DNA of 64,000 nt, taken from positions 11,222,001-11,286,000 of the forward strand of contig CM119381.1 in NCBI GenBank assembly GCA_051294905.1. Direction: 5' to 3'. Below are positions 27,701 through 39,700 of the stretch, piece after piece (the first letter of the stretch is position 1; every line of letters starts with the position of its first letter). Below the pieces are notes generated by a model. That model was not told the origin of the DNA and searched no databases. It saw nothing but the letters and a program-made list of their open reading frames with translations. The translations under genes were made by a program, and so were the position numbers. Source of the stretch: Botryllus schlosseri (Eukaryota).

Positions 27701-30700
27701 CGTTGCAGGCTTAGATGAATCACCTTCCCGAACGACAGTTACAACCAACTGACCAGTTTCTTCAGTGACGTCGTATTCAGGCGAGCTAAACTTTACTTCT
27801 AAAAATCATCACAGTACATCAGCAGTTGTGAAAAACTAACGAAATCTAAATGCTTACTAGGCATGTTGTCCTCAACATAGTCGTTGGATGGTGTGGCTTT
27901 AGCTAAAAGTAGAACACGCACAGTTATGGAGATTCAAGGATGAAATAACGAAAAAAGAGATGGGAATAAGGAAAATTGAACAACTAATTACCGTCTTCTT
28001 TTTCGTCATCGATGATTATCTTTGTCTCTTCGTATGGTATTACTACCGCATTTGTAGGTTCTTTGAATACCAAATTGAACGATTCTGGACCTTCTTTGAT
28101 AGGATTCGAATCGTCGTTGACAATTGTAACAGTAAGAGGATATTTGTCTTGTCCTGCGGAAAACTCAATGACCTCATCGACTTTAACGTAGTCACTCGTC
28201 TCTGTGAGTATAACAACACTGGTTGTGGAAAAATGTGCATAAAGTGATTCAGTTTTCAGACCTGTAGCTTCTTTGGGATTTTCAGAAGGCATCGACTGGA
28301 TTCGTACGCTAGTAGGCTTTGTCAAAGAACCTTTACGTAAGATGATCACATCGAAGGTACCAACATCTTCCAAGACCTCATATGTTTCTTCAGCGAATGA
28401 AATTGTCGGCGCTTGAATGAAAAGCACATCCAATTAGCGAGAGAACAATAAAGAGAGATTCTGTAAAACGTACTGTCGGACACATCAGGCTTCGCGGAAT
28501 CCGTGATAACAATCTTTGCCTTTTCGGGCATTGTTACAGTGGCTTTGTCTGGATCGTACAAGACCAAATCAAAGCTTTCGGGCTCTTCTGTTAAGCTATC
28601 GTCTGTGACTTTAACTACAATAGGCTGTGTGGTCTCTCCTGGTTGGAATTCGACTGTCTCATCAACTTCTTCGAAATCTTGACCCTCTGCAAAATTGACC
28701 GAATGAAGTCAAATATTACTACCACAAAAGTCAATGCCTCTAAAACCTTTGGCTGCATTAGGTTCGTGCCTCGGTTGCGATTTGACCTTCACCGTTGCAG
28801 GCTTAGATGAATCACCTTCCCGAACGACAGTTACAACCAACTGACCAGTTTCTTCAGTGACGTCGTATTCAGGCGAGCTAAACTTTACTTCTAAAAATCA
28901 TCACAGTACATCAGCAGTTGTGAAAAACTAACGAAATCTAAATGCTTACTAGGCATGTTGTCCTCAACATAGTCGTTGGATGGTGTGGCTTTAGCTAAAA
29001 GTAGAACACGCACAGTTATGGAGATTCAAGGACGAAATAACGAAAAAAGAGATGGGAATAAGGAAAATTGAACAACTAATTACCGTCTTCTTTTTCGTCA
29101 TCGATGATTATCCTTGTCTCTTCGTATGGTATTACTACCGCATTTGTAGGTTCTTTGAATACCAAATTGAACGATTCTGGACCTTCTTTGATAGGATTCG
29201 AATCGTCGTTGACAATTGTAACAGTAAGAGGATATTTGTCTTGTCCTGCGGAAAACTCAATGACCTCATCGACTTTAACGTAGTCACTCGTCTCTGTGAG
29301 TATAACAACACTGGTTGTGGAAAAATGTGCATAAAGTGATTCAGTTTTCAGACCTGTAGCTTCTTTGGGATTTTCAGAAGGCGTCGACCGGATTCTTACT
29401 CTACTAGGCTTTGTCAAAGATCCTGTACGTAAGATGATCACATCTATAGTACCAACATTTTCCATGACCTCGTATAAGTCTTCTTCGAACGACATCTTCG
29501 GTGCTTAAATTCAGATGAATAAAAATCAAAATTATCATCAAAAATATATTGGTGCTCACATATTTCAATAATGACTGTTCAAGTATAGCATGGTAGTTTT
29601 AATTTGTCTTGTTCTAGTTAGGCATTGATGTGATTCTTACCAGACTGTTTCTGCATTTCCGTTTCCCCTGCGCTTGATTCAGCTGAAATATAGATAATAT
29701 AGATGTATTTTTTCCAAATTGTAATTTCACAACCAAGAATAAAATGAATGATAAGTAACTATTTTATTATGTGAGAGTAGCAATGTTTTAATATACCATG
29801 TAAAGCAATTTTTCGCCCAAAGCTAAAAATGTGGAGAAAGTAAAGATTTCTACAGCTTTTTTTATAATATACGATATTTTCAACAGACAGTATTTCCAGT
29901 TTTTGATATTGCGGATCCAATTGCTTAATTCAAAGGTACAAAAAAAGATATGCAAGATAAATGAGCAGTATTTTTAGATCACACGCAATTGTGGATTTGG
30001 AATATCATACATGTGTCATGTTAGGCTGACAATGGAATCTATAATAACAGGTTTGTAATACACAGCTGTACCTGCGTATACTGTTATGATTGTGAAATGA
30101 AGTGTAAAGTTCTTACGCTCATTATCAGGTGTGATCACTACATCACTTTCGATTTGATCACCAAGAACCATGCCATTGCTAGGCTTCGACAAAACAGCAA
30201 TGAATTTTTCGACGTCTTCTTGAATTTCGTCTAGAACAATTCGAATGGCGCACACAGCTTCCTTTTGATCTGTGAGAATTGCACACAATTTTAATTAATG
30301 CGTTCAAAAGATCTAAGCAATTCCGAAAATTGACTGACGATTAGCGTCACTTCATAAGTTGATAACTATGTTATTAAATATGCAATAAATAAGCTTTACT
30401 ACTAGGAAGTATCATATTTCAGTAGCTGTAAGTCATTGCCAAACTGAAGCAGTAGACGTAATATCAAGAGAGTATTTGACAAAGCATATGACTTTGAAAG
30501 ATATGTTGCCGTACTTGAGAGATATGATACTAGCAACAGTCTGACCTGCTTTAAAGGAGACGACACTTTCGTCTGTAACAAGCCGCGGCTCGAAATCTTG
30601 GTTTTCCAACGCCGTGAGCTGCCTGGTGTAGCAAACCACAGTGGCTGCATTTTTTATGTCGCCATCTCGGACAACACTGACATTGGCCAGTCCGCTTTTT

Positions 30701-33700
30701 TCAGTCACGTTTTGTGTAGTGTCTTTGAATTTGACTACTGGGCCTATTGGAGTGTAATTCAAAAATGATGTTTGAAGAGATAAGAAATTCATGGAAGAAA
30801 ATATTACCATCTTCTTTGGTGTCGGTAATGGATACCGTTGTTACGTCGGGATTTCCTGTCACTGCCTTCCAAGGTTCATCAAGGTACAGAGAAAATTTTT
30901 CGATTCCCTCAACAACAGGCTTTTTCGTGTCATCAATAATTTGCACCGTCACTACTTTCTCCGTCTCGCCTGGAGAGAACTCCACTGATTGTACGATTGG
31001 AGTATAATCTTCTTTTTCTGTGGTTGCAAATTGATGGAAAGACGTAAGGATTATATCATCATCTATCACTGATTGTTGTCGCTTAAAACAACCGCTGCGA
31101 GCCAAAAAATGAAGTTAAATCCAAATTGTATACCTTGGGCAGGCTGTTCATCCGTTGATTTAGACTTCACAACGACACGAGATGTCACGTCTAGATCTTT
31201 GCCTTTTCGATAAAAGGGAACCTCGAAGGTTCCGATACTCTCTGCAACTTCGTAGGTCTCCTTGTCGAACAGTACTTCAGGATCTGAATGTGATTAGGAT
31301 AGTAAAAACACAAATTTTACATACCGAACAAAAGCTTTCCATTAGAGCAATGATAAAAATTAAAACCGTCACATACATTATGGAAGACTATTTAACAATT
31401 TTTTTCAAAATGGGTGATTAGACCTATTCAGAACCTTTGCTGAATTTGGATATATATCCCTGTGCAATTTGGCCATGAAAATGGGGATATGGAGCAAATG
31501 TTAACATATAATAACTTTGAGCTATGCATTGTAAATATCTTGACAACATAGATTAACTAAAATTCTTTAATTATAATTCAAAACATTCAACGCAGAACAC
31601 TGGTTGGCTACATAATGTAGAAAATATGATATTACATTCTCGATTTTCTATCGTTACTGTCGCTACATCTTTCTCTCCAACAGTTGAGTTTGCGGATGGT
31701 GACGACAATGTCAGATTGAAATCTTCGTCTTGCTCAGGTAATGTGTCGTCGATAATCTCAGTCTCACACACAGCACGCTTTTGTCCTGCAACATCAAGAG
31801 ATAGGAAATATCATACACAGTTTTTTTTGAATACTTCTACAGGAAACATATTCATGTAAGTGAAGTATTTCTATTGATACTGACGGTTCACAGGCCCTGT
31901 GAGAGTTGAAATGTTTGCTCAATGAATAATTTGTTAAATTAGAACCGGCTCTGTTATTTGTAGCACTCACCCGGTGCGAAAATGATGATAGACGAATCAT
32001 TAGCTGGCCTTTCTCTATAATCCTTGTTGGAAGAAGCGGTTATATCGCTAGTAGAGCAAATGACGGATGTCTGTTTTGTCAAATCACCAGTACGTAAAAC
32101 AAAAGCCTGGTGTGTTCCATTGTCCTCAGAGATGGTATACTGCGTCTCCTCAAACTGAATGACGGGGGCTGTTGATGAAATAATTTTCCAGTTGAGTCAA
32201 GACGAGTTTATAAATGAAGATTAGCAAGATGTAGTTGAATTATAGCAAAAAATCCGATGAGAGGCATTATTTGAAACTACTTCCATAAGGCTAATACATA
32301 AAATTATCACCTACTCCCGCACAAAGCAGTTAAAGCTTGAACGAATGATATTTGCAATTCGCTGAAATTTTACAGCAACTCGCTTCTATTTTGTTGACCA
32401 GATTTATTTGCGTATTATAGTATAATTATAGACTTAATAAACAGTAATAAAGCCATTCCTATGAATCATATCCATTATTGTAGATGGTATTTATGGCAGT
32501 AATGTTTGGGTCATCAATCTTGAGAGTGGAAATTACATTGTAATATTGAAGTACCACGATTACAGTATTGTCCATATTATCATCATCATATCAGAAGAAA
32601 TGAGTGCTAGGCAGGATATAAGTGTATTTATAAAAAAGAAACACTCATACCATCATCTTCATCTGAGATTAGAACAGTGGTTGTATTCTTATCCCCCACA
32701 TTAACACCATCAGCCTGCACAATTTCCACATTGAATTCCTCAATTCCTTCCAGAATTGGGGTGGGATCATCGTTCAATATTTTAATGGGTACAAAAATCT
32801 CATCTTCATTTTCAGGGAATGTGAATTCTTCGTTGACGTTTTCGAAATCCTCACCGTCTATAGAATGAGAGAGATATGCTGATGTTGATAAACCAAATTG
32901 TGTTTCTCGAACGACCTTTCGCAGTTTTATCTGCCGTTCTTATGACAACAGTGGCTGGCTGGCTGATGTCACCGCCACTTCGTAACACTGGAATCATGAC
33001 AACTTGATCCGGCTCTTGGACTTCGATTTTATCGGATTTGAAGAATGCAGAAGACGAGGCTGTTGAATGAAACGGTTATATTTAATGGTGGAGAAATCAG
33101 TATGGGAAATTTTTTAACTTTTAAAGGCACACTGTTTCAAATTAGGTGTTGCTACGGCAAAGGCTTGGTGCAGTGCAGTCACGATTTTTTGGTGACTCGA
33201 CGTGAGTGATGTTTTCAAATGCGTAACATGACTCGACTCAAGGTGATTTTTGTATTGACTCGACTGGTAATCGAGTCATTGTAGATTGTCATGTGACTCG
33301 AAACTAGGATGGCAAAGACAGACACTCACACACATCGTATTGGTATTTCGTCCATCAGTTTTGATACTTGGAAAATAGGGCCAGAAATTGTTGGGACTGA
33401 GGAGGATTACGATATTTTGAATGTGAGTCATCTACATCACTCAAGCAGAGCTAAAAAAAGTGGGTTGAACCAGATTGAACTCAAAACAAAACAGTGAACA
33501 CAATGACTTGGACTCGGACTTGAGCCACAACTAAAAAAGTGAGATTGACTTGTGTCTCGGAACCTTGTGACTTGGTTACAACCCCGCGTCTGAAGATCTA
33601 AATCGTGGTGGAAAATGGTCAGTATGATTTGAGAAGATGTTTATCTGTCAAATCGATAATCGAAAAATTTTAGCAGCAGATCTCAATACTTGGACCAATA

Positions 33701-36700
33701 ATTTACTTAAATCAAGGTGAATGAAGTTTTTGTGTGGATCTATACCATAGAAACCTAACATTCTCAGTTAGTGATAGTAATAAGTTTTTGCAATAAAAAA
33801 ACATATGATTGTAGTCACATCGAAATTGACTAAAATTTAGATCTTGAAGGATTCTAGTAATGGACAACGTCACCCAATACTTAACTTGACAATTTATTCC
33901 CTTTTCAGAGCTGCATAGCTCAGGTTCTCAGATTTTTTTGGCCTCAGGTACAACACATGACTTGTTACTGGTTTCAGGTTAGTATAAGAAACAGAACTGC
34001 ACATATCCTGTGCCAAGAATGATGACTATCATAGAATACATGAACACATATACACCCCAAACACATCATGATAATATGTAATATGTAAAAAAGACATAAT
34101 ATATCATATCCAGCACTCAGTTAAACAAAACTAGTTTACGAAGCAGTTTGAAATTGACCTGAATGAGACAAAAAATTCAAGGTAAATAGAGTTTTGAACT
34201 GCATAGGATGGCAAGGAATGTGTTACGGTTATTGTGAAAACATTACCAGCTATTGTAGTGATAGAATATAATGCTATTACTTGTGCATTTGATATTTGCA
34301 TCTCCTTCAAATCCCTCTAAACAGCTGCATTCGTATCCATTATCGATATTATTGCATTCAGCATTGAGACCGCACTTCTTCTCTCCACTTCCACAATAGT
34401 CGTTCACTGTAGAATATATTTAATGTGACCAGCTGTCACTCTATTTAGCCCATGGCGAATGCAACAAAAATAAGCACAATCGCAAAAATTATATTCGTAG
34501 TGTGACGACATGAAATGTTGCAAGTTCATTGCTGAGATTCCAAACTGAGACCACCGAGTTCCTGATATTTCAAGACACAAAAGTGCTATACAGCTGCCTC
34601 AAAATTTACCTGTTATATGGTAAAGTGAATACTTACGTGAACAAGCCTTTTTACCATCACCAATGAAACCAGCGGGACATTTACACGTGAAACTCCCTTT
34701 ATTATTGATGCACTCAGCTAATTCATGGCACTGTGTCTCAGTCGATTCGCATTCATTTATATCTGTAAATGTATTGTGCTGTCTATCGGAAAATACGCCA
34801 CCTACTCCCATTGGAAATACCTTCACAGATAGGAGATCCGGCGAAACCGTCCTTGCATGTACACGAGTATGTTCCCGGTTCGTTATTGCAATTTGAATTC
34901 TCGTCGCAATCATCAATTCCAGTTTGACACTCGTTTACGTCTGAAGAATAATTTTAATGCGTTATAGTGATTGAATTTGTTACTGCCTGACCATAGTCCC
35001 TGAAAGCTATCATACTGTGCTAGGTATAGTGTATTTGGTTGCTTGCTGAACATGAAATAATTCACGGAAAATTCATCTTAAAATACCTTTGAAAGAAATA
35101 TTTTGCTCGCTTTGAAGCCAGGAACCATAATCGCAATAGCAAAAAACCCATATTTAGGGTATTACACCGCTAAACCAATATCCAAGGATCCTTGTTTACA
35201 TGCAGTTCAGATTGCGTTGCAGATTGCTTGACAAATACAACATTGCTATACAGATTTAATTTACCCTTTCATAGTCGGCATACAACTGCATATACAGATA
35301 ACTAAGCAATCGGCAATAAATACCAATAAACAGATTTTGCTTGATGCGTCAGACTGCAATGACAGTCAATACCTGTACATTCCTTTCCGTTGCCTTCATA
35401 ACCTTGCTTACACGAGCAGGCATAAGATCCTATCGTATTTTTACAATGACCATCTTCAGAGCATGGGTTGTCCAAACATTCATCCAAATCTGAAAACATC
35501 ATAGATATAATTTTGTGTTGAAAAATTCAAAGGAAATAACTCGCTACCTTCACAAGTATTGCCATCTCCTGCATACCCGTCTTTGCATTTGCAATTATAG
35601 CTGCCGATGGTATTGGTACAAGAAGCGTCAGTGTGGCATTTAACACTGCCCTCGGTGCATTCGTCAATGTCTACGTGATGATTGATACATTATTATATAT
35701 CTCATTGATTCCATGTGTTTATCTTTCAAAGTTACCTTCGCAATTTTCACTTGAACTTTTACGGAATCCATCCACACACTTGCAAGTATAATTTCCGGGA
35801 ATGTTTGAACATTTGGAATTGTCGACACAATTATTCAAATCTTTATTGTCACACTCATCGATGTCTGTAGTTCATTTCAAGGTATTTTATTTTCAAAATA
35901 TTTTATTTGCAAAGTAAATAGTTAGAATACTGGGTTTCACAGCTACCTTCGCAAATATTGTCTTTGCCTTTCTCAAAACCGTCATTACACAAGCAATTAT
36001 AGTCACCGATGGTATTGCTACAAATTTCATTGTTCTTGCAGTATGCAGTACCCTTCTTGCATTCGTTGATATCTGAAATTATTCAGTCAATAAAACAGCG
36101 TTGGATGATAGTATCAAAGCATCAATAAATTCATTCAAGAAATTGATTGAAAAAATTAATAAAAAGAATGAATTCCCCTTATACACGGTCATCACCCAAT
36201 TTGATTAAATACTCACCAGTGCAATTATCAGTACCGATTCCCTCAAAGCCTTCTTCACATGAACAAGCGTAGCTGCCGATGGTATTTTTGCACTGAGCAT
36301 TCTCAGCACAATTGTTCTTCTCTTTTTCACATTCATTGATATCTGTAAATTGAGGGATTGAAGAATGTACTAGAATTGAATACTCGTAGTCAGAATAATG
36401 ATCAGAGAAATTCAAATTTCAGTAATAATGATAATGATTTACGAACTTTTATTACTGGCAAGATAATATTAAGGGGGGTTTGACCTCCGAGAATGTAACA
36501 TTTTGAAGCAATATTGAAGATATGAAAGCTACACAGTACACACCTTCGCACTTGCCATTATTCAACACAAATCCGTTTTTGCATTGGCAATTGTAGCTTC
36601 CCTCGGTATTGGCACATGTAGAGTAGCGATCACATGGCAATCCGGTTGCGCATTCATCAACATCTAAAACCGTTATGAAGATGTATTTCATCGTTTCATT

Positions 36701-39700
36701 TGATACTTAGAATACATATAAACCATAGATAATTCATCAATATTAATTTACATAATAGTAGGGAAATGCTTAGAGTAGGTGTGGAATCCAAGTAAAGTTG
36801 AATTTAAACTACAGTTAAAAGAGTGAGGACTTGAATTTGGAGAAAATCGATTGAACTACTGCACATATATTAAAAATCGAATTATTGTATATCATTAGCA
36901 TTAAAAAAAATCAAGAAGAAGCAGAGAGCACTTCCCGAAGGTAGAACACAGGAATTCACCTCTACATTGCTTCCCATCTCCTTGATATCCATTGTAGCAT
37001 ACACATGAATAACTACTTGCACTGTCAATACAGGTAGCATTTTCATGACAATCATCTTCATCCAACATACATTCGTCTGCGGAAAACGAAAAAGAAATTG
37101 ATACTACAATTCGGAAATCATGAAAATTTATAGTAGAAATGCTAGCATTGGTACATCATATACTTGTTATTTAAGGTAAAATAGAAATATTCCGAATTCA
37201 AACCTTTCAAATTTTCGATTGACGATACAACAGGTGAGGCTGAAAAATAAATAATAATAATACACATTGTTATACTTTGGACCGATCCGATTGCATACTT
37301 TCATCACACGATATCTTTCCATCTCCAATGTATTCTTCCTTACATTTGCACGCGTACGTTCCCGGTTTGTTCATACAGACAGCGTTTTCAACGCACGTAT
37401 GCATACCAGCAAGACACTCATTGATGTCTGCAATGTAGGTTGATGGTGTGGAAAAAGTGTTGGAAAATAAATTCTGAATGGATGAAGAAGTTATCCGGAA
37501 GAAAGATGTTGAATCTTGAGGAAACAATATTCCAATTACAGCTCAAAATTCGCTCGATACAAAATCATTATTGCTAGTGTTTGAATATTCCAATTAACTG
37601 TCCCTACATGTAAAATGCATTTCTTCCAGATAATCTCTAGTTTACACGAAAGAAGTGTTTGACATGAGAGTTTTGTGATAGCAAGAACAGGGTCAAAGAC
37701 GCCTTTTACCCTAAACCTTTGGAAACATGATCAATAACAGTAATCAATAATCGCTAGATTATATTTTCATTTTCAAACACTAACAATGTACAATGCGATG
37801 TAATGAAGAGATAGGAGGATGCCAAACGACCAGTTGCGGTTGGAGTCTCTTAAACTGGCATCCACCTCGGCCTAGTGCCCGATGTCACAGTTCCTTTTTA
37901 GATGTTAGTATTCATTCTGCGGCTCTTTCTTGCTCTTCCAATTCATTGTGGGTGCGCTGTTTCATCTCGTCTTTTTCTGGGCTTTTTGTCGGGGTAAGAG
38001 GAGCCTAGAAAAGCCTCCGACGCGGAATCGAACCCGGGCCGCCTGAGCGGTGGGCGCTTATCGTCACTAGTACGCTATCTCTACCGATGGTTTCACACCC
38101 CTCCAAATATTCATTAACACTGCATCATTAAGGTAGCATACCTTTGCATGTCTTGCCATCGCCTTGGAATCCACTGTTACAATTACATTGATAACTGCCA
38201 TCGGTGTTGCTGCAATTCGCGAAGTCACTGCAGTCATCGGTGTATTGCAAACATTCGTCAATGTCTGAAGTGAAAAGTCAAGTATAATTTCTCATCAATT
38301 AAAAACATCCGTCATATTTGGTACCTTTACATTCCGTGTCTGCTTTGCCTTCAAATCCTGGCAGGCAGGTGCAACTATAACTACCCGGTGTGTTCATGCA
38401 ATTGGAATTTTCGACGCAGTCATTAACTCCATTGCATTCATTGATGTCTTTGAAAACGCCCACAATATAATATCTCTCAGCAACGAAACTATTTGAAGTT
38501 ACATTACTGACCTTCACAAGATTTTCCGTTACCAGTAAAACCAGGTTTGCACCTGCATTGATATGACCCCGGAATGTTGTTGCAAATGGCTTCCTTGTGA
38601 CATTCATCCTCTTTTGTGTCGCACTCATTGACATCTGAGACACAAAAAAACAAATATATTTTTTATCATTTATATCTATCTAGATATGATAGGCATAATA
38701 TGACTCTCTCAGAGAACTTCCCAGTCCACAAGCAACAACTGTTCATGTTATTTACTACAAAGGTAAATACCGTTGCATCCTATAAATCCATCACCGAAAT
38801 AACCATCGTCACATGCACAAACATAGCTGCCAACAGTGTTGCCGCAAGATGAATTCTCCAAACATTGATTGGTCTTGTTGGAACATTCATTTGTATCTGT
38901 AAAAGCACATAGAATTCCACTTTCAAAAAGAGAACAGACATTTGAAATGAAAAATGTCAGTCATGGCACACATTTGACTCATATAAAAGCGTTTGTTTGG
39001 AACAGAGGAATCGTGCTAAAATCTCAATGGAGGTGAAAGCAATCTCTGGAGATACCACATATATTGTAGCACGGGCAGCAGTATCAGTACCAGTGCATAT
39101 TACACAGAAAATAAAACAATGAAGTATGACGAAGTCTAATTATTATCGACACAATTGAGCATTACATTGAAAAGATCTTAAACACAGCTGTAGGGTTTGG
39201 CGATGAAATTTTTGTTAAGATTTGTGATTGATGGAAATGTCATTTGCTTGAAAGTAACTGTTTGGCAACATTGTATTTGACAAATGTTTGACTCGACAAC
39301 AATCTTATATTTATGTCAGTCCGAGAAAGCTTCGCACTATTTTACTTTCACCTTATGACAAGCCCATATCCGTTTCGGGGCAATTTGATGACATAGTGTA
39401 TCCGTCATTTTTACATATCGCTATTATAATTTTTTTTCACCGCCAATTTTAAATTGACTGTTGCTATTACTACATATATATATACCTATACATACTGTAT
39501 ATATAAGATTACTTTAGCACACAATGGTATTTTGTGGTAAAATTTTTCTGCATAGAGCATACTAAAGCGTCTAATAACTAAGTTATCGAAACCATCTAGA
39601 AGATTCTAACCAACGCATGATATGCCATCTCCTTCGAACCCAGGGTTACACTTGCAAATGTAAGACCCGTGCGTATTGACGCATTCTCCATATGAGGAAC

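Noticed and set aside
11663-29332. Repeated minus-strand 65-aa ORF (MHIFPQ...) and the tail of the 73-aa ORF (…FSFKRRQF…)
   Set aside because: These are alternative frames or intron read-through of the true exons; the spliced frame explains the region.
11580-29339. Repeated plus-strand 95-aa ORF (MGIRKIEQ...) in all 17 units
   Set aside because: It is an antisense shadow of the 210-nt Calx-beta exon. It recurs only because the DNA is duplicated and has no recognisable domain.
11002-29503. CRISPR-like or satellite interpretation of the array
   Set aside because: There are no unique spacers, the units are 1092 bp and contain spliceable coding exons, and the context is eukaryotic.
34245-34251. 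3-nt micro-exon (AG|CTG|GTAATG)
   Set aside because: The upstream intron would be only about 30 nt, well below the 56-nt minimum seen in this gene.
38000-38085. Functional tRNA gene
   Set aside because: A B-box is present, but the acceptor, D and anticodon stems cannot be folded convincingly; treated as SINE-like.
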